The position numbers were made by a program, and so were the translations under genes. A DNA stretch of 37,715 nt from Malacoraja senta (Eukaryota): assembly GCA_038087875.1 (NCBI GenBank), contig JAXLNO010000381.1, forward strand, positions 1-37,715. The letters run 5' to 3'. Positions 33,350 to 37,715 of the stretch are shown here, piece by piece (within the stretch, counting starts at the first letter, position 1; the number at the start of each line of letters is the position of its first letter). The notes under the pieces are model-generated. The model was not told the origin of the DNA and searched no databases. It was given only the letters and a program-made list of their open reading frames with translations.

Positions 33350-33805
33350 TGGATATGGTCCAAACACAGGCAGGTGGGACTAGTGCAGGTGGGGCATGTC
33401 AGGTTGGGTTGGCATGGGAAAGTTGGGCTGAAGGCCAGTTTCCATGCTGTATAACTCTGTGTTGCTGATGCCCTTTGACAAACTGAAACATCCTCGAAGT
33501 AACACCTGGCAGCTCTGTCTGGATTCGATCTCGATTAAATACAGAAGTTTTGAGATCCACAATGGAAAACCACAGGGACAATGCGGGCACATCCCATGGA
33601 AAAAGCAACATTCCATGCAAGGCGATTTAAGCCTAGAAGTTGCATTCACTAACGCATCAAACTGAAGCAATGTGCTATTCTGGGTATTTGTTTAAACCTC
33701 TTAAATTCTCACTTTTGCGCTGCTAATATCACATTACCTTTTACTCTTGCCTTCAGTTTGGCCAAAATAGCCTCATGAGCCTGAAAATTGTCCTTCATAC
33801 TTGGT
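33350..33805 (-). repeat. Copy 2 of inverted duplication (partner 16711-17166)
   Basis: Reverse-complement match to 16711-17166. Confidence 0.93.
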
Positions 33806-34230
33806 GTCTTGCGGTGGAGTTTCTGCCTCACAGCGCCAGAGACCCAGGTTCGATCCTGACTGCAGGTGCTGTCCGTACGGAGTTTGCCCGTTCTCCCCGT
33901 GACCTGTGCGGGTTTTTTCCAGTGGCTCCGGTTTCCTCCCACACTCCAAAGACGTGCGGGTTAGTAGGTTAATTGGCTTCTCCAAAGGGCCTGTCCCACT
34001 TACGCGGGGTGACGCCCCTTTGGTCGTGAGTAGTCGCCCAAAGAGTCGTACCTTTTTCTGGTCGGCGTTGGATTTTCAACATTTTGAAAATTTTCGGTGA
34101 CCTGCTGCGACTATGACGGGTGCCAGCAGTCGTCGAAAAAATCACTCCAAGGCCCTTTAATTGTAAATTGTCCCTATAGTGTAGGATAGTGCGGGGATCA
34201 CTGGTTGGCACGGATTCGGAGGGCCGAAAT
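33806..34230 (+). mobile_element. HE1/V-SINE interrupted by a Harbinger MITE (33986-34156)
   Basis: Box B and V-domain. MITE left TIR AGGGCCTGTCCCACT at 33986-34000, eroded right TIR, palindrome variant at 34072-34091. Confidence 0.8.
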
Positions 34231-34234
34231 TCAG

Positions 34235-34512
34235 GTACAGTTTCTTCCCAGCTGTTATCAGGCAACTGAACCATCCTACCACAACCAGAGAGCAGTCCTG
34301 AACTACTATCTACCTCTTTGGTGACCCTCAGACTATCCTTGATTGGACTTTGCTGGCTTTACCTTGCACTAAACGTTATTCCCTTGTCATGTATCCGTAC
34401 ACTGTAAACGACTCGATTGTAATCATGTATTGTCTTTCTGCTGACTGGTTAGCGCGCAACAAAAGCTTTTCACTCTACCTCGGTACACGTGACAATAAAC
34501 TGAACTGAACCG
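34235..34512 (+). mobile_element. Rex1/Babar-like LINE 3' end
   Basis: SFFPAVIRQLN motif, ending GTGACAATAAACTGAACTGAAC. Confidence 0.7.
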
Positions 34513-34794
34513 AACTCTAAACTAAGCTAAAAGTCTAAACTAAAAACTAAAAGTGTGAATCGTTCACTCAGACTGTGTCCATTCCATATTTGAAGGGCCG
34601 CATCAGATGAATAGATGGATGTTGAGGGACAAGGGCTACCTTCTCTATCTTTACATGGGTGTTAAGACTCAGAAGGAGGCCATTTGGCCCATAAACTCCA
34701 TGCTGGCTCCCAGCAAAACAATGCCCTCAATCCATTTCCCTTTCTTGTCTCCTTGTTGCCTTTTCTCCCTCACCACGGACATCTCCCCCCATCA

Positions 34795-35570
34795 CAGGGC
34801 CCAGTATCTGAGGACGGATGTGCTGGCGCTGTAGAGGTTCCAGAGGAGGTTTACAAGAACGATCCCAGGGATGACCGGATTAACACAGGATGAGCGTTTG
34901 CCGACACTGGGCCTGTACTCGCTGGAGTTTAGAAGTACGAGGGGGATCCTTATTAAAACTTAACGAATAGTGAAAGGCCTGGATAGAGTGGATGTGGAGA
35001 GGATGTTTCCACTAGTGGGAGAGTCTAGGTCCAGAGGCCATAGCCTCAGAATAAAAGGACATTCCATTAGGAAGGAGTCAATAGACAATAGACAATAGAC
35101 AATAGACAATAGGTGCATGAGTAGGCCATTCGACCCTTCGAGCCAGCACCGCCATTCAATGTGATCTCGGCTCATCATCCCCAATCAGTACCCCGTTCCT
35201 GCCTTCTCCCCATATCCCCTGACTCTGCTATTTTTAAGAGCCCTATCTAGCTCTCTCTTGAAAGCATCCAGAGAACCTGCCTCCACCGCCCTCTGAGGCA
35301 GAGAATTCCACAGACCACAGGAGCTGAGGAGGTCTTTAGTCAGAGGGTGGTGCATCTGTGGAATTCATCTCCACACTAGGCTGTGGAGGCCAAGTCAGTG
35401 GATATTTTCAAGGCGGAGATTGACAGATTCTTGATTAGTGCGGGTGTCTGGGGTTATGGGGGAGAAGGCAGGAGAATGGGGTTGAGAGGGAGAGATAGAT
35501 CAGCCACGATTGAATGGCGGAGTAGGCTGGATGGGCCGGATGATCTAATTTTGCTTTGAGAACTTATGAA
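34795..35570 (+). mobile_element. CR1 3' fragment with nested minus CR1 end (about 35078-35315)
   Basis: Degenerate CR1 C-terminal coding sequence; (ACAATAG)n tail of the nested copy. Confidence 0.82.
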
Positions 35571-36052
35571 CTCACTCTTGTTTGATTCTTTTGCCACTTC
35601 TCGACATTAAAAAATAATTTACCGTGGTCAATTAAACCAAAGGCACTTTGTAGGGATGAGGGAGGAAACTATTACACAGTGAGAAGACTGCATCTCGTGG
35701 CTCTACACTTCAGTCTGGGATCCTAGTCATGCAAGGAGTATGATTCAAATTGCACGCAGCACAGAAATAATTAAGAACATTCAAATAAATTCCTCGCTCT
35801 TACCCACTTCGTTCCAAATGCTAAGGATTCCCGGCAAGATCAGTTTTGCGGTAAACAGCAGAGTATAATAGAAGTGGCGGTGTGTGTCATTCACTAAGTT
35901 ACAGCTTAGTACACTCGGAGCATTGCATGCAGTTCTGATCGCCCCGTTACAGGAAGGACGTGGTGGCTTTGGATGAGGGTTTACTAGAATGCTGCCTGGA
36001 TTAGTGGGTAATAGTTGCAGGGAGAGGCTGGACAGGCTTGGTATGTTCTTAG

Positions 36053-36562
36053 GTACACAAAAATGCTGGAGAAACTCAGCGGGTGCAGCAGCATCTATGG
36101 AGCGAAGGAAATAGGCAACGTTTCGGGCCGAAACCCTTCTTCAGACTGATAGCGGGTGGGGAGAAGAAAGGAAAAAAGGAAAAAGGCGGAGGAGGAGCCC
36201 GAGGGCTGGGGGAGGGGAGGAGACAACCAGAGGGCTGATGAAGGGGAGGGGACAGCAAGGGGCTAGCAGAATTGGGAGAATTCAATGTTCAAGCCCCCAG
36301 GATGTAGACTGCCCAAGCGGAATATGAGGTGCATTTCCTCCAATTTACGGTGTTGCTCGCTGTGGCCATGGAGGAGACCCAGGACAGAGAGGTCAGATAC
36401 GGAATGGGAGGGGGAGTTGAAGTGCTGAGCCACCGGGAGTTCAGGTTGGTTATTGCGGACCGACCGGAGGTGTTCGGCGAAACGATCGCCAAGCCTCCGC
36501 TTGGTCTCACCGATGTAGATCAGCTGGCATCTAGAGCAGCGAATGCAATAGATGAGGTTGGA
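36053..36562 (-). mobile_element. Penelope-like element 3' remnant: GIY-YIG endonuclease domain plus pLTR
   Basis: Open frame 36562-36263 reads SNLIYCIRCSRCQLIYIGETKRRLGDRFAEH...VAQHFN...RKLEE...GLNIEFSQFC*. pLTR with core at 36115-36147. 13-bp TSD GGTATGYTCTTAG (36040-36052 / 36563-36575). Confidence 0.92.
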
Positions 36563-36667
36563 GGTATGCTCTTAGTTTAGTTTAGATTAGAGATACAGCG
36601 CGGAAACAGGCCCTTCGACCCACCGAGTCCGCGCCGACCAGCGATCCCCGCACACATTAACACTGTT

Positions 36668-37000
36668 ACGTTCCCGATGGTGGGGGAGTCCAGAACCAGG
36701 GGCCACAGCTTAAGAATAAGGGGTAAGCCATTTAGAACGGAGACGAGGAAACATATTTTCACTCAGAGAATTGTGAGGCTGTGGAATTCTCTGCCTCAGA
36801 GAGCAGTGGAGGCAGGTTCTCTGGATGCTTTCAAGAGAGAGCTCGATAGGGCTCTTAAGGATAGCGGAGTCAGGGGATATGGGGAGAAGGCAGGAACGGG
36901 GTACTGATTGTGGATGATTGAGGCAGTGAATTGGCCTCCACTGCCTTCTGTGGCAGAGAATTCCACAGCTCTGTGTGAAAAAGTTGTTCCTCATCTCTGT
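36668..37000. mobile_element. CR1 3' fragments (+ 36668-36915, - about 36920-37000)
   Basis: ORF 36677-36907 TRGHSLRI...FTQRIVRLWNSLP. Confidence 0.85.
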
Positions 37001-37204
37001 CCAAAGGTGCTCCGGTTTCTCCACATTCAGAAACGTGCGGTTTGTAGGATAATTGGCTTCTGTCGATTGCACCTAATGTGTTGGAGTGGTTGTGCCATAG
37101 AACCGGTGTGAGCGGGTGATTGATGGCCGGTATGGACTCAGTGGCCGAAGGGCCTGTTTCCATGCTGTATCTTTATTCATAATCTTGTCATCCAAGGACT
37201 ACAA

Positions 37205-37430
37205 AGAAAAACTGGTGATAGACACAAAAAGCTGGAATAAACTCAGCGGAACAGGCAGCATCTCTGGGGAAAAGGAATGGGTGACGTTTTGGGTCAAGAC
37301 CCTTCTTCAGACGTCCCAACCCAAAACGTCACCCATTCCTTCTCTCCAGAGATGCTGCCTGTCCCGCTGAATTACTCCAGCATTTTGTGTCTATCTTTGG
37401 TTTAAACCAGCATCTGCAGTTCCTTCCTAC
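37205..37430. mobile_element. Inverted pLTR pair
   Basis: Minus unit 37205-37312 (core G12>A) and plus unit about 37320-37430. Confidence 0.82.
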
Positions 37431-37715
37431 ACGTGGAACAACTGTTGTTCCATTCCCTCAGCCATGGTTTCTGTTCAGCTGCAAATCTCTGTGAGATGAC
37501 TTTCATCGCCTTCATCTGAGCCGTAAAGAACCTCCATCAGGCATGGCTTCAATTAGCACCTTCCAGCTTCAATAAGAGTTTTCGCACAAAATTGGTCGTT
37601 GTGTGTGAGCCAGAAAGCCGGCAACAAACTCAGCAAATGCTGGATGTTCCTGAACCATCACGTTAATGGGAGCATGTGTGGAGTTTGCACGTTCTCCCTG
37701 TGCCCAAGTGGGTTT

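Noticed and set aside
16711..33805. Giant TIR transposon (Polinton-like) bounded by the inverted repeats
   Set aside because: No TSD, no terminal motifs and no polB/ATPase/capsid ORFs; the integrase is retroviral, and the arms include a CR1 tail.
36289..36580. Listed ORFs 36289-36510 and 36329-36580
   Set aside because: Wrong frame or strand; the real coding frame is the ATG-less GIY-YIG frame 36562-36263.

Overview
Repeat-dense, non-genic vertebrate DNA, most likely from a cartilaginous fish (skate/ray). This is inferred from the HE1/V-SINE, CR1(HER1)-type LINE and Penelope pLTR families. I could not support any host protein-coding gene, and most ORF-track entries are spurious. The window is a mosaic of nested mobile elements. 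(1) A decayed, 5'-truncated, apparently env-less class I (gamma/epsilon-like) endogenous retrovirus (23875-31560, minus), carrying an L1 that itself carries a young CR1 with an open 531-aa RT ORF. (2) A second L1 3' fragment and many CR1 and Rex1/Babar 3' ends. (3) A Penelope-like element remnant with an open GIY-YIG domain, plus many dispersed copies of its terminal repeat. These contain a minimal hammerhead-ribozyme-like core and often sit as inverted pairs; at least one solo unit and one pair carry their own TSDs. (4) PIF/Harbinger MITEs sharing an internal palindrome. (5) A hAT MITE and a non-autonomous Helitron. (6) An inverted duplication of unique sequence about 16 kb apart. Coordinates were counted by hand, and the boundaries of degraded repeats are approximate.
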